From the NCBI GenBank assembly GCA_964658305.1, contig OZ210885.1, positions 23,932,001-23,996,000 of the forward strand: a DNA stretch of 64,000 nt. Reading direction: 5' to 3'. The translations under genes were made by a program, and so were the position numbers. Source of the stretch: Leptogorgia sarmentosa. Taxonomy: Eukaryota. This document shows, piece after piece, positions 1-13,194 of the stretch. How positions within the stretch are numbered: the first letter of the stretch is position 1; each line of letters begins with the position of its first letter. The notes beneath the pieces were generated by a model, which saw only the letters and a list, made by a program, of their open reading frames with translations, made no database searches and was not told where the DNA came from.

Positions 1-798
1 AAACTTAAAATTCGCATATGAAATAGAACATTTTCCGTGTTCCTATAGTTATAGCTAGAAACACGAGTGGAATTTTTGGGAAAACGACAATACAAAAAAC
101 AAACGGGATTGGCGCGTCCTTGACAAAAATATGACTTTTTTAATCTCGTATGGTGTTGAAAAAGTAAGACAAGCTGGGGGAGGGGTGGGGGCATTTGCCC
201 CCCACGAAATTCCTATTCATGTGCATTAACCTCGGCCTAGCTATCTCACAGAAAGGTCCCTTTCCAAAATATGCCCCCGTCCCCCATGGGAAAATCCTTA
301 AAAAAGGCCCTGAAAAGTGAGATTTAACAGTTTTCTGCTTGACAATTTCTTAGGATCATTGTTGTACCAACAAACGCCTTCGATTCCAAAATAAAGTTCT
401 TGGAAAAAACAAGAAATGCCCTTGGTGGAGGCACTTTCAGTTTGAATGAAGCTGTTACGAACTTTTATTCGTTCCTGAAACACCAGTATAATTCAGATGA
501 ACCAAGAGCCTACTATGCTGTTGAAGTGATTGGACAACAGCCTTCTTCCTATTGGTGCTTATCCAGAGACGTAAGTCATGAAAGTCAACGAAAATCCCAC
601 AAGCCCGCCAAAACTTTCCGCGTAGAACCAAATGTTTTATTTTCATTCATGGTATATAGCTACTCAAGTTTACAACTTATACGATTACCGTAGTTCCCAA
701 ATATTAACTGAAATTTTACAATACATACATGCATGTATGTGAAGCGTTCTTGTTGCTGGTACAGGACATCTACTTCCCTTTGAACAGATCCAATGTTA

Positions 799-1050
799 AG
801 GCCTGATTCTACGACGGCGAAATATTTCGCGAGAAATTGTGTCTGCGGAATGCGGATGGTTGCACATGAACGATTCTATTGAATTCTCCCATATTTTTCG
901 CTTTCACAGTGAGTAGAATAACTTCTACTCACTGGCGAAGCAAATTTTTTTCTCGAGAAATGTTACTTGCCTTTATAACGCATGCGTACAATTATTTTGC
1001 GCGAAAATTTTCGCGTTTCGCCAAGAAATATCGCCCGTGGAATCAGGCCT
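799..1050. mobile_element. Non-autonomous PIF/Harbinger-type (Tourist-like) MITE
   Basis: Terminal inverted repeats AGGCCTGATTC(T/C)ACG...CGTGGAATCAGGCCT. TTA lies on both sides (796-798 and 1051-1053), a TWA-type TSD. No ORF. Confidence 0.8.
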
Positions 1051-4000
1051 TTACATGTTGAATATCTTTTTGTCTTTTTATGTACCGTTTTTTATTGAAA
1101 AACTAGATCTATTTGGTTAGCAAATTGCATCCGGTAGAATTACTAGGCCTATATTAGTTTACAACCAAGGCTAAACTTTCTTACAGATTCAAATTGACCC
1201 AGACTCACATGTGCTCCCCAAACGTACATTATGAAGTAGCAGTTAACATTCAGTTGCTGAATGATGTTGCACACTTACTAAATGTTTGTAGAAGGTATAC
1301 CTATGTTAAAAAATCAGTTAACTTGTAAACTGGAAAGTAATTCAAGTTCAAAATATTGTTTTATTCCATTGCAACTACAATGTATAATCCAAAATGAATT
1401 CGTTTTCGAGTTTGTTTCAATTTTTCAGGTTTGCTGAATACTCTAATGACTTTCAACAGAATAGCCACTCATTCAAATTGGCTTCAGCTTTCGCATTATG
1501 GCGAATGCTTCGGATCAACTTTGTGGAAAGTTGGGGTGAGTGCATGTCTGCACTGTAGGTACATATGACATTTTTGTATAAACGCTTTCGTAAACTTATT
1601 TTTTCAGGGCAGCTTTTATAAAAAGCATTGTACACAAAAGTTTTTACTGTTATAATTCGATCTTGATACTGGTAAACGCAAGTTGTCAAGTGTAGAGAAC
1701 TTGAAAACTGACAAGTCGCAGCTCCTGCATGTTTGATACACCGAGTACCAACTTCCAAAACGGCTGAAAAAGCGGTTCACATGTTGTTGCCAATTTGTTC
1801 ATTATACTGTATATTTTCACACCCAACGTATCTAAAATTGAGGAAACAGTAGGTACAGGTTATATGTAGTTTTATATCTAGCATTTGGTCAATGACAATA
1901 TGTCTATAGTATAAATTGAGGTCTCCATAACAATTCTTGCAATCTGATTGATTGACACAACACATCTCTCTAACAATTTTTAAATTACTTAAGGCAGCCA
2001 GTAACTATCATGTATGTGTTTGGGGCTCCTAATTTATACCAATTTCCTATAGTCACCTAAAAATATATCTGCCAACAAATGATAGTTACTTGCTTCCAAG
2101 TGACTACAACATTCCATACTACAAATTGAAGTATGTGCAATTCTCTGAGCACCCTTGTATGTTATTTTACTACACTTGGCAGATGAAAGTTCCATTGGAC
2201 TGCTTTGTTCAAACATGGACGAGAGAAATGTTGGAAAGTCCCTAACATTGGACATCTTGGCAAAAGGGCAAGGTGTTGCTGCAAGACAGCACCCCATAAT
2301 GCTGGCTGGTGGTGATCAAACACAAACAGGCACATCAGTGTAAGTGTATTAATTTATTTACAAGTTTTGCAACAAAAGGAGAGACACCTTGCTTGACAAC
2401 AGCATATATATGTACATACTCTGAGTATCAACAAAAAGCAACCACTTTCTTACCTGTACATCACATGGAATTGCTGTGAATTAATTTCCTTTCAGTTCCT
2501 GTCAAACACTCTAACTCTTACTTTTTTCTACACATGAAATGTAAAGCTATATTTTAATGTTTCAATTTGACATAAATTTATGATGCAAATGATGGTAAAT
2601 ACAATATATTTCATATAGACCTGCCATAAGAGAGATCCTTTCAAAAACAAACCTTATTGTGATGATTGATGATCCAATAATATCTTCGAATTTGGAGGAA
2701 TTCTTGTTGCAGTTCCAAAGTGGGTTGCTGATGGGCTCCAAAACATCTGGACTTGTCATTCCACATGGAAGTCTCTTGCTCACATCAAACACCGATGTCA
2801 CACAAAGGTTTTATGCAAAAATATAAAGAATATATTACAAGTATATACTGTAATCTAAATGTGAAATGGACAGGAAATATACAGTATGGGCAGCTGAAAT
2901 CACCAACCCATTTGATCAGGCATATGAATTCAATAAATAACCAATGTGTCACATTTTTTCAAAGGGCAGAAGGCAGAGTTCTAACCTTCAAGTACATCAA
3001 GGGAAACTTTATGCCAGAAAATGAGAAAAGGTTGAAAGATGGAATGAAGTCCTTGGCTTGTCAACACACGGTATGCTATTGTTACATGATGCATGACAAA
3101 AAGTACAACTTACAAATATATTAATACTTACATATCACAGCACAATGCAAGACCAGATAAATATTATCTTTCATCATCATTACAACCAATCTAAAACATA
3201 AAATTCACAAACCTTGAATATTCATAACACTGCTCTATTATTAGGGATTTCTTTTGGCCTGGGCAATCAAATTGAAACGATTCTGGGAGGCGCACTACTT
3301 AGTTGTTTATGACTGCATTTATGACATCATACGACGCATATTCCCCCAAAGTGTGCAGAATCGATGGTGCAAAGGAATGAGTGGTGTTTTAACAACAAAT
3401 GCAATTGTGAGTAGATACCAGTGATGACTTACACACATGCAGTAATTATTTTTAATCCATTAAATTGCAATGTATGTAGCTAAATTAGTGCACCCACTTC
3501 AGCTGTTCCTCCACAACCTCATTTCCATGTTCTGATTTCTACAATGCCAAACAATACTGCTAGTTAATAGGTTTGAGATGATACAGTGACGCACTAAAAA
3601 TTGGCTTTCAAAATTTTACTAATAATAAAGCTGTTTAAATTTTGAAAAGACTGACATCAACATTCATTTTTTCATTCATTATATACAGTTGCTGCCAAAA
3701 AGGTTCTCAGATTCAAAATATATCAAATAATTATATAAATATTGATCAGTTTCCTAATCAAGAAAACATTGGTAAATTTCATAATTTTATGTCATTTCAA
3801 TAATGATTATACCAATAGTGCAGAATGAGAATGACAGTATGACTTAACACAAAATATTTACACATAGAAACCTTTTAGGCAGCAATGTACTATATATTAT
3901 ATATTACTAGTTTCAAAGTACAGTTGGCTTCAGGGTTCGACAAAGTATGCGAGGCAAATTTTCAATTTGCGCAGGCACATTTTTTTGGTTGATCATTTAG

Positions 4001-4072
4001 CAAATGAGCAATCATAATAGTGGAGAATACATGTTTAAAATACGGCATGAAAACACCAACTACAGTTATTTT

Positions 4073-4335
4073 TATTGTCAATTTCAACTCACTTTTCACT
4101 GAAATGTTCCGAACTTCGGAAGTTCGTTGCAAAGTTCAAAAATTGACAATGAAATTCGACAAGCAGATTTGTAAACAAAGTTTTTGATTGGCTACACGTT
4201 AGAAAGCAGCCAATCAGATGCTAGGGTTACAAACTGGTTTGTGAATTTCATTACGGACTTTTGAACTTCGCATTCGCAACGAACTTCGGAACATTTCAGT
4301 GAAAGGTTGTGAAAAGTTAGTTGAAATCGACTATA
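4073..4335. mobile_element. Foldback MITE with long imperfect inverted arms
   Basis: The left arm TATTGTCAATTTCAACTCACTTTTCACTGAAATGTTCCGAA... is reverse-complementary to the right arm ...TTCGGAACATTTCAGTGAAAGG...GTGAAAAGTTAGTTGAAATCGACTATA. Superfamily not assigned. Confidence 0.7.
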
Positions 4336-5513
4336 AAGCCTGTCAGCCTGTGAGCTCGAGTATCGCAGTCTGAGCGTCTAGCCAGCAAAGCTTTGGCCTG
4401 TAATATGGACCGCCAGGCGCCAGCAAACAAACCATGTTATTTTGTATTTTTGAGTCGCCTAATTTTACTGTGATTGACAACTTAATGTTTCAATTATTAC
4501 TAGTTGAAATAAACATTCAGTTAGTAAACGGCTTCCTTCGCCCGTATAGAGTTCGAAATCAGAAGGTGAGAAGCATTAGAAAATTTAAAGACAAATAGGG
4601 CACAGTACGTTACATTGCTATACTGTAAAGGATAAACGACGGCAGTATGTATGTAAAAAATGTTTGATTATTCTCAATTCTAACTAATAGTTGTAAACGT
4701 ACCACACATGAAATTGACAACCCACTTGACAGTACCTGTAATGCCCGTTATTTTTTGTCATTATTAAACTAATGATACCTTTATTTTTATCTCAATTCTC
4801 GCCTTGCGATTGATTCGTAGGAGAATAGGCGTAATATAAAATGGTTTGTTAGCTGGCCGTATTTCATTAACCTGACCGAAGGACGCTGGCTATAGTAATA
4901 TTGTGAAGGTCACATTCATCACTCAATATATTTGTAATAAATTGTGTTTGTGTAATATCGTACAGTAGGAAGGAGCATGGTAGCTTGCATATATAGGCTT
5001 TGTTATTTTCCCAAAAGCCGAAGCAAAACAAGCCACTAGCTCTCCTAGTATCTAAACTGAATAAGGCTATAGTGATATATATTGGCGATTTATTAAGTAG
5101 ACATTTCCAGCTTCCAAAATTAAAACCGGCAAAGTCGCAATGCCATTTGTGCAGCTCTTGATTAAAGATGTGAAGCGACGAAATATTGGACCGGAAAATT
5201 TTCATGACAACATGCCGAGTTTGATTTGCATTTGCGCATCAATCTTGTATAAATTGAGTCGTGTCAATTTACCACCTGTTTATATACACAAAAATACGAG
5301 GTTTACCCAAACACGTGTCACATGGACTAGGCATGCGAGTAATTTTACCTAATTTCCAATTGCTACAAACATGATAGTTTCATGACACGGAAACGTTTGT
5401 TTTCGAACAAATATAAACGTCGTAAAGTTAAGTTTTCCACTCCAAGTCCTAGTTTTCCATGGTTGATTACTTGATGGTTTGCGTTTTGCAGTTTGTTATG
5501 AAGTTACGAATTC

Positions 5514-8270
5514 ATGTCTTCTGGAAATTATCGAGCGAGTTCTGGCAAACGAAATAAAGTAAAATGTAGAGTATGTCTAACTGAGGTTCTGCTTCAAAAC
5601 TATCGAGTACACCTACAACGTCACCATCCAGAAGAAAATCCTAATGACTTACGTCCTGCGTGCCAGTCTTCGATTGTATCCCTCTTCAATCGAGTGGAAG
5701 ATCAAGTTGGAAGAAAGAGGGCTCGAAACGATGATGAAACAATTGCACAGATGACCTTGGTGATGACCTTGTTGATCCGCACAGGGGGTTTGCGGAGTTG
5801 GCAATGGAAGGTGTGGCGTCAGGGGTTTCCGAAGAGCAAAAAACGTCATGTTTGGAAAGTAACATTCAGTGTGAAGCCACAGCGATTGACGCCAAACAAA
5901 CCCCTGACTTATTGTCACAAATCAACGACAAACTGGATAATCTGTCGTTAACTCGATTAGATGCGTGGTAATTCCAATCTTTCACTGGGTCAGAGCGCTA
6001 ATGATTCCTCATCTCATGAAACAGTTAATAACTTTTTGATGAATAGCTGCCGATCTCTGGAGGACGTCCTATGCAAATTCGACGAATTCCACTACGAAGA
6101 AGGGAAGCAAGCAGTCGTGTGCTCTGTATGTGTACCAGTTAGTGAAAATTTGCCCGAACTGACAACTAATAAAACCCATTTGGCAATATTCAAATATGAT
6201 GACGTTGTCGGTGCTATCGACCCTCCTGAAAAAGTTTTATCAAAAAAGTTTCGAAATCTAAAAACACATCTTCTGGCGCACTTGAAATCTGCTAGCCACA
6301 TCACTGCACTGGATAGAAGAACAGCGAATGAAAAGGAATTGGACAAAAGCAATCGCCGAGAAAGAGTTGTAGGCAAAAGAATTGGTAGAATATGCTACTA
6401 CATGTTTAAGCAAGGACGACCGGACACTGATTTCGAGCATCTCGTTTATCTCCACTCTGTTAATGATTCAGACATTGGGGACATCAACCATTCAAACAGG
6501 TTTCCTGCGAAAATTCTCCCGTTTATATCAAGCGAAGTTACCCGAAGACTGACTAGATATTTAGATAATCCTATGTTTACGACAGTCGTGCCTAACTCAC
6601 CAAAGTTGTTACATGCATTTTTTCTTGGCCACCCTGTTGTTAAACAGCACACTGGAATTGGTGTGACCAACAGTATCACAGAGTGCGTCAAAATCTATGA
6701 CATAAATGGATCACAGTACCTTGGCGGTTCATTCGACGGTGGATACTTTCACCTTAATGTCCCAGAGAAACTGGACTGTTATTTTGGTTTTGAGGGAAAC
6801 AAGAGGAAACACCACGACTGGGACCCGCTTCACAAAGCTGGACTACAAGACACCCATATAAGAAAAGATCCAGCATTTGAATGGTTAGTTTCCACCACGA
6901 AGATCGTCGGAGAAGTATTTAAGGTTGTGAATTATGGAAAAGAATTCGAGCACCTCTTTTCCATAGCCAAGGAAATGAAGGAAGGCGTAGACGCTGACAT
7001 TAGTTTCAAAACACCAAAATTTTTTTCCGAAACAAGGTTTGCGAACCATGCAAGAAAAGTATACGCGAGTTTCCGCGAAGGTTTCCCTGCTATAATACGC
7101 ACTTTGGTGGAAATTCAGCTTGAAAACATGGAAGGAAGCAGTGACGACAGGAAGAAGGCGGCCAACGCAAGCAATCTCTCAAACAAGATGCTCAACAAGA
7201 GATTCTGTACGATACTTTCTGGACTTTGCGACATCTATGAAGTTTTTGGTCATGGCGTCAACATCCTTCAAACTGTCGATATGTTGCCTCATGATAAATT
7301 TGACCGATTTCACTCAGTTGTGATCAGTAAATTTAATTCGATGGCTGCATCTGTAGACCATCCTACATGTATCGGCTCTCATGGTTCCAAATGTCAATGG
7401 CCTATGCTCCACCTTGATTTGGCAGAAATCAAAACACTTGGTTCATATCGAGGCATTCCTATGGCACAATCATATGGTGAAGAAATCAACACACGGATGG
7501 GAGAAAGAAGAGCAGCAAGAAATGCCGAAGATGAGCGACAAGGTATTGCTATTGTCAAGGCACAAAAGGATTTACAAAAGCTAGTACAAAGAATGTATGA
7601 AGATCTTAACAATCACGTTTATGATGAGAGCGACAAATCATTGCTAAAAACCTTGAGACCAATCATTGATCTAAGATCATTGGCTTCAAAGGTTAAACAG
7701 AAAGGTGCTGCGCATGTCTTAGCCTTGGATGGAGAACAATTTACCAAAGTCTCGAAGCAACTGGCAACCAATATTGCTGATGTGCCAGATAGCGAAATTC
7801 GTATTCAATTTCGAACGTTTATTAGGAGACTCGAAACACATGTTGTGCAACTCAGCGAAGAGGATCTATCCAGCATTGAGTTAATTAAAATCTTCCTGGA
7901 GTCTGAAAGAAAGCTGTATCTTGATATTGAATTGATAATGCATGTTATATGTGTTGCCGCTGCAAGCATGTCCGTCGAATCAGTGATAGAGTCAATGGTT
8001 TCGATTTATGAAAATCGAAATAATAAGTTCCGGCCAATATCGGAGGAAAGGGCGGTTCTCGAAATGAATATTGCTATCAGTGGTCCTGAGCTGGCCCATG
8101 CCGATGGCATCATTCAAGCAAGTATGGCAGAATACTGGAAAAATTCCGGAAAACGGAAGAGTGAGACCAGAGACTGGCATTTTGTTCGCAAGTCGCAAAA
8201 CATAAAAGATTTTTTTTCCTCAAAAGTCATTGACCAAATGAGCTCAGCCAAGCCTAACTTACCGTTATGA
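5514..8270 (+). pseudogene. Divergent hAT-like transposase, split into a zinc-finger ORF (5514-5951) and a 769-aa core ORF (5961-8270)
   Basis: N-terminal CxxC...H...H finger (CRVC...HLQRHH). The core has hAT-like landmarks: SFDG (second catalytic Asp), WDPLH in place of CxxH, ETRF (TRW-like) and C-terminal SVESVIES (catalytic Glu/dimerization region). The N-terminal part is frameshifted. The element may span about 3931 (CAGGGTTCGA) to about 9316, but no clean TIR/TSD pair was found. Confidence 0.7.
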
Positions 8271-8683
8271 CCTAAATCACTTGTACTTACTATTGTGTAA
8301 TATACATTACATGGTTCGTGGACTCAGGACTGTAACATTTTTGTCAGCCAAGTACGGCAAGCAGATGCAAGCAAGCACTCAAGTACAGTAAAATATTCGA
8401 TTAGGAATTGTTGTTTCGGTTAACTAAAATGTTGTTAATTAAATTGTTGTTACCAATACTATACTGTAATTAATCACCGTACTAAGTCAATTATACGATT
8501 ATACGAATAACATATGAATGTTTTTTCGTGCGTAATGTACTAATATGTGTAATGTACTAATGTACTAACTTCTCGTATAAAATGTGGCAATCGCAGATTC
8601 GCAGTGTCCTAAACAAGCTATTTTGAGCGTTTAAAGACAAAATATTTGTTGTGTACCTTGTGCAATTGATTCCAACGACTTCT

Positions 8684-8940
8684 CAGTGGCGTAACTACTA
8701 AGGGCTCAACCTGGCCGAAGCCAGGGGCCTTGGGGAAGGAGCTTCTTATGGGGGCCCTTAGCTCAAATTTAAGCTTTGTCTTTAAAAACCAGTAACAAAA
8801 TCAATCACATATTAGGTTCGTACCTATTGAATTCGCAGGGTTAGCATAGTAAATTTTTTGAAGAGGATGTATATCAAGGGGCCCTCCAACCTTGCAATCT
8901 ACCTCAACCAGGGGGTCATAGCTGAAGATTTATGCTACTG
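8684..8940. mobile_element. Non-autonomous hAT MITE
   Basis: Ends CAGTGGCGTA...TATGCTACTG; 8-bp TSD cGACTTCT / tGACTTCT (7 of 8 match). Confidence 0.8.
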
Positions 8941-10342
8941 TGACTTCTCTCTAAGGCTCTATTGCTATATACTAATGCCACACAATTTAACAATTGACAT
9001 AAGCTTTGTTATTGTATAGAGAGCACTGATAGCTTAAAGTTCAATAGCAGGAGTAAACGGTTCCCCTGAAATGTCAGTATTCGTTACAATAAATAGCTTA
9101 GCACAGTAAGTTCATTAGTTCACCACCTTTTCTTTTTGTTGTATACTACAAATACACTACAGACCCCACCCTATTTTTATAATGTAGTATATATGAAAGA
9201 AGCAGGAAAAGGTATACAACTTTTTGCAGGCACATTTCCTGTTTTTATATTCTGCTCGCAGGCACGAAAAAATATTATTAAGGCCTGGTTGGCTTGCCTG
9301 CAAACACTAACACCTCATTGAAACGATTGCAAGCCAAAACCAACAGAATGAGGGTACCGATATATTGGAAAGGTTGGAGTGGACCATAGTTTCCAAGCTA
9401 TCGTCACCTGATACAAATGTAGGTATAACATGACAGTAAAATACATACAATTAGAGTATGTACAGATACTGTTATGTTGTCTTGTTTCGATAGCTTTTAC
9501 TGATTGAACAGGATTGCAATACATATCTTCGATATATTTTTATTATTATAATATTGCTCTGTACAGAGAAGCTTGCTTATTTATATACATAAAAAAACTG
9601 AAGTCTAAGTAACGGAAGTAACTATGAATATACAACACAGAAATACTGTAGGTACTTCTGTAAATTTGTGGAAGTTTGGTGTACTGTCGTATCAATAACA
9701 ATCCGAAGTGGCTATTCGTACTGGAGCCGTACACAAACTTTCATTTGCTATTCGTACTGGAGTACATGTATTTCTCTAGTTTTAGCCGTAAATAACACTT
9801 CACAGTAGTTTTATTTGGTTTCCTTATCAAATGTACGATGCTCTGTATACTATATTTACTCGACACTTACAAATTTTGGAAAGTTTCCTTGCGGTTCAAA
9901 ATCGCGTGTGTGCTTCTTGCGAGACTATTTCATAATTCGAGATGTGAAAAGCGCGGGTAAACAAATTTGTTGAAGTATTTTCAAAAGATACATATTTTTA
10001 ATCAGAATAAATTGGAATTCGAGATTTGCAATCAACTTAAATCCTCCACTAATCAATGACCATGGATGTCCTTGAAAGACTTGAAACATTGTGCTTATTT
10101 CACAAGAAAAAAATTTTTAAAACGATCAAATATAATCATTAATTTATAATATAACAAAGTTACATATTAATATATCCCACTTGGTCCTTGATACTATATT
10201 AGTATATAAAGAAATCCACTTCAAATTAAAATCTCACCAGAAGCGTTTGTAAATCGTAATGCCTTGTTCAAAAAGTAGTTTCTAACCCAAAATCACCGTT
10301 ACACGTGTGACACAATAATAAAAGGAACAACGTAAACAATAT

Positions 10343-10630
10343 TATGGAAAGCCATTTCGGCCAAAAGGGTATTGAATTCCAGAAAGGGTATCGAGTCGCA
10401 AAAATGGGACCGAGAACCACGGGAAAAGTAGTCCAGTTTTGCATTTTCAAAAATAGGGCACCGAGATGTCTCAAAATACTATTTCGAGATATGCAACAAA
10501 TATAACCCATTGAGAATGTAGACACAAAAATGACCTATCGAGAATATGCACACGAAAATAACGTATCGAGAATGCGCACGCAAAAAATAACCTAGCAAGA
10601 ATGTGCACACAAAAAATAACCTATCGAGAT
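10343..10630 (+). repeat. Left TIR of IS3EU copy 1
   Basis: Near-identical reverse complement of 28262-28532. Contains internal short repeats of the AAAATAACCTATCGAGAAT type. Confidence 0.9.
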
Positions 10631-11115
10631 TATAATACTGTAATATGACGAGAGAAACATGGTGAGAAATTGTAGAAGAACGTTTCAAACATTGAATAAA
10701 TTATAAATACTCGTGGGAAACTGGTGGATGTTTTTTGCGAGGAATATCAGCTGACCAAAGGCGATTGTGGGCGAGGCGACAGTCGAAACAATAAATAAAA
10801 GCATGTGCAGTAAAAACAAAATGGCGCTAAATGGGGAACCATCTGCCATTGTTTCCGAACTTATTAACAACGTTTCTGTCCTTTCAAGTGTGTTACATAA
10901 CTCACAGAATAATGTATCAACCTCTGCAACCTCTGATAATGTTGAAGACGAAGTATGGAGGATTTTTCGTCGAGGATCGGTAAGAGATGAAATAAGGCAA
11001 TAACCTTTATTGTAGCCTGTAGGAGTGTAGGTTTGCATCTTTACACTGTAAGGACTCAGTCACTCAGCTATGTAATACTAATTAGAGTCATATGATCTAA
11101 GTTCGCATTACTATT

Positions 11116-11344
11116 CAAGGCCATCAGAAGCAAATATACATTGGGGGGGGCTCCCTCCCGTGGAAAATTTTGAAATCTAGAACCCCCGAAAATAGCATTT
11201 CCAGCGTTTTGAGAAGTACATTTTCTACAATTCTGAAGATCTGGTTCACATTTTTTCTAGTCTGAGTGTTTTGTTTTGGTTTTTTATGTACATGTAAAAA
11301 TTATTGGGGGGGCTCAAGTCCCCCCCAGCCCCCCCCCCCCACTG
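11116..11344. mobile_element. Degenerate hAT-type MITE in a presumed intron
   Basis: Starts CAAGGCC, has the GGGGGGGCT...CCCCCCC subterminal runs seen in the other hAT ends here, and ends CCACTG. TSD not resolved. Confidence 0.4.
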
Positions 11345-12274
11345 AAGTTAAATTTTAAAAGCAACTTGAAAACGAAAGTAAAGCATTCAACCTCAAAAAA
11401 ACAAAGGAATTGCAGCAGAATGATTATGTGGAATGATTAAATCTATTACAAATGTATAAGTTGCCAAAAAATTTGTTCATAAACTCAAATGTTTGATTAG
11501 ATGGATAATTAAATTTTGTTTGAATATAGCTAAATGTAAAAGCTAATTAAAAATGGATTGTTCTTCACAGTCCTTAAGCTCTACAATTTCAGACTTGCTT
11601 AACAGGAGCACAAGTTTAGCTGTTGAGTGTTGCATGCAGGTAAATATAAACACTGGGTTGATGATGCTCCTATCATGCCTTGGAATTTAAGATTTGTGTT
11701 AGGGTTTTGGATCAGCTGTATAGACTAAAAGAAACATAATGAAAACACACGTAATATGTTTAAGAAATACTTAAAATTTATTTTAAAATGTGTAGCAATC
11801 AACCCAGACCACAGAAGCACTCAATTAATACGTCAGGAAGAAACTCGGAGTCAGGTAAATCTTACTAGTTTGATCAGTCTGCTTTTGAAAAAAAAACAGT
11901 GTTCCTACAACGTATGACCCGTACATCTGGAAATCTATCCATTTTCAAATTCAGACACTCCTATTTAGGCGAATCATGGTGCAAGTCAACTAAGCAGACA
12001 AAGTCAGAATAGTATCAGCAATGGGCAACTGATCAATCAAAATAACCTGAATCCACCACAAATAAATCAGCAAATTCAAAGGGCATCGGCAACCAGTAAA
12101 AATTTAAGTAGTCCATACTTTCTTCATCAACTTAACTTGATAAGAAAAAGAAAACAACGCTTCTGCAAGGAAAAAAGCTCGAATGCAAAAGGGAATAGCT
12201 TCTATTTCAAAGAAATTGTTCTTCTTACCGGCCCACATGATAATATTGTACCTAGACAAGGAAGTAAACTATAT

Positions 12275-12352
12275 TTAAAACAAAACCAAAACATTGTCCG
12301 TGGAGTACAATTTTTAAAACAAAACCAAAACATTGTCTGTGGAGTACAATTT
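12275..12352 (+). repeat. 39-bp in-frame tandem duplication
   Basis: LKQNQNIVRGVQF / LKQNQNIVCGVQF in ORF 12137-13144. Confidence 0.9.
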
Positions 12353-13194
12353 AGCAAGAAATGGTCTGAACAACAAGTGGTTGAGAAGGTGAAAAGTTTA
12401 TTTGGCCAAAAGTTATTGCACTGTAATTTTGAATTTCTCGAGTCAGTGTACACACACCTTGTGCCCCCCACATTACCTCCAGGTGAAGCGTTCAACGGAA
12501 TGATGTTCTTCACCACTTTTAAAGATAAGGTTGTATATGCCAGACCGTCAGAGCAGGTAAATCCTTTACCACCTAAAATGGCGAAATCCAAGAAGAGGGA
12601 TCTTATTTTAGAGGGTTCTGATAGTTGTTCTCCTAGTCTAGCTGATGAAGAGGATGTTGAGACTGATGACGAGATTTATCACGTGAGTGGCTTGTCTTGC
12701 AGAAGTGATGTCACAGACTGCGACTCATCAATGTACTCATTATCTGGATCAGCCATTACCCAATCTCGTAATCAACATAGCAAATCCAGTACCACTGCTA
12801 GTGTAAGTCAATCTGGTAATCTTCATGATAACAGCTCCAATGCCACTCCTAGTGCTAGTCAGTCTAGTATTCAACATGGCATATCTGATGCCAATTCTAA
12901 TTTCAGTTCTTTCAGTACCAGTTCTACCACTAGTTGTGGTCAGCCTGGTAACCAAAATAGCAAGTCCACCAATAACACTGCCAGTGTACCGGAAACCCCT
13001 GCCGTGATTGATCTCACTTCAGAATATGCGTATGCTTCCATGTTTGACACCCAATCTATTGAAGTTTTAAGTGCTATAGATGAAGGGGAGGATGTTTCTA
13101 GTACACCATCTGCAAGTATTGACCCCCAGCCGAGGAAATTTTAAGAAATTTGGCCGCGGAAATCAATCTTGACGAGATTTCAAAATTTAACATA

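Noticed and set aside
3931..9316. Exact boundaries for the first hAT-like element
   Set aside because: The CAGGGTTCGA start has no convincing inverted partner or 8-bp TSD.
10268..10688. Short ORFs duplicated at 28262-28604
   Set aside because: These are chance translations of the TIR sequence.
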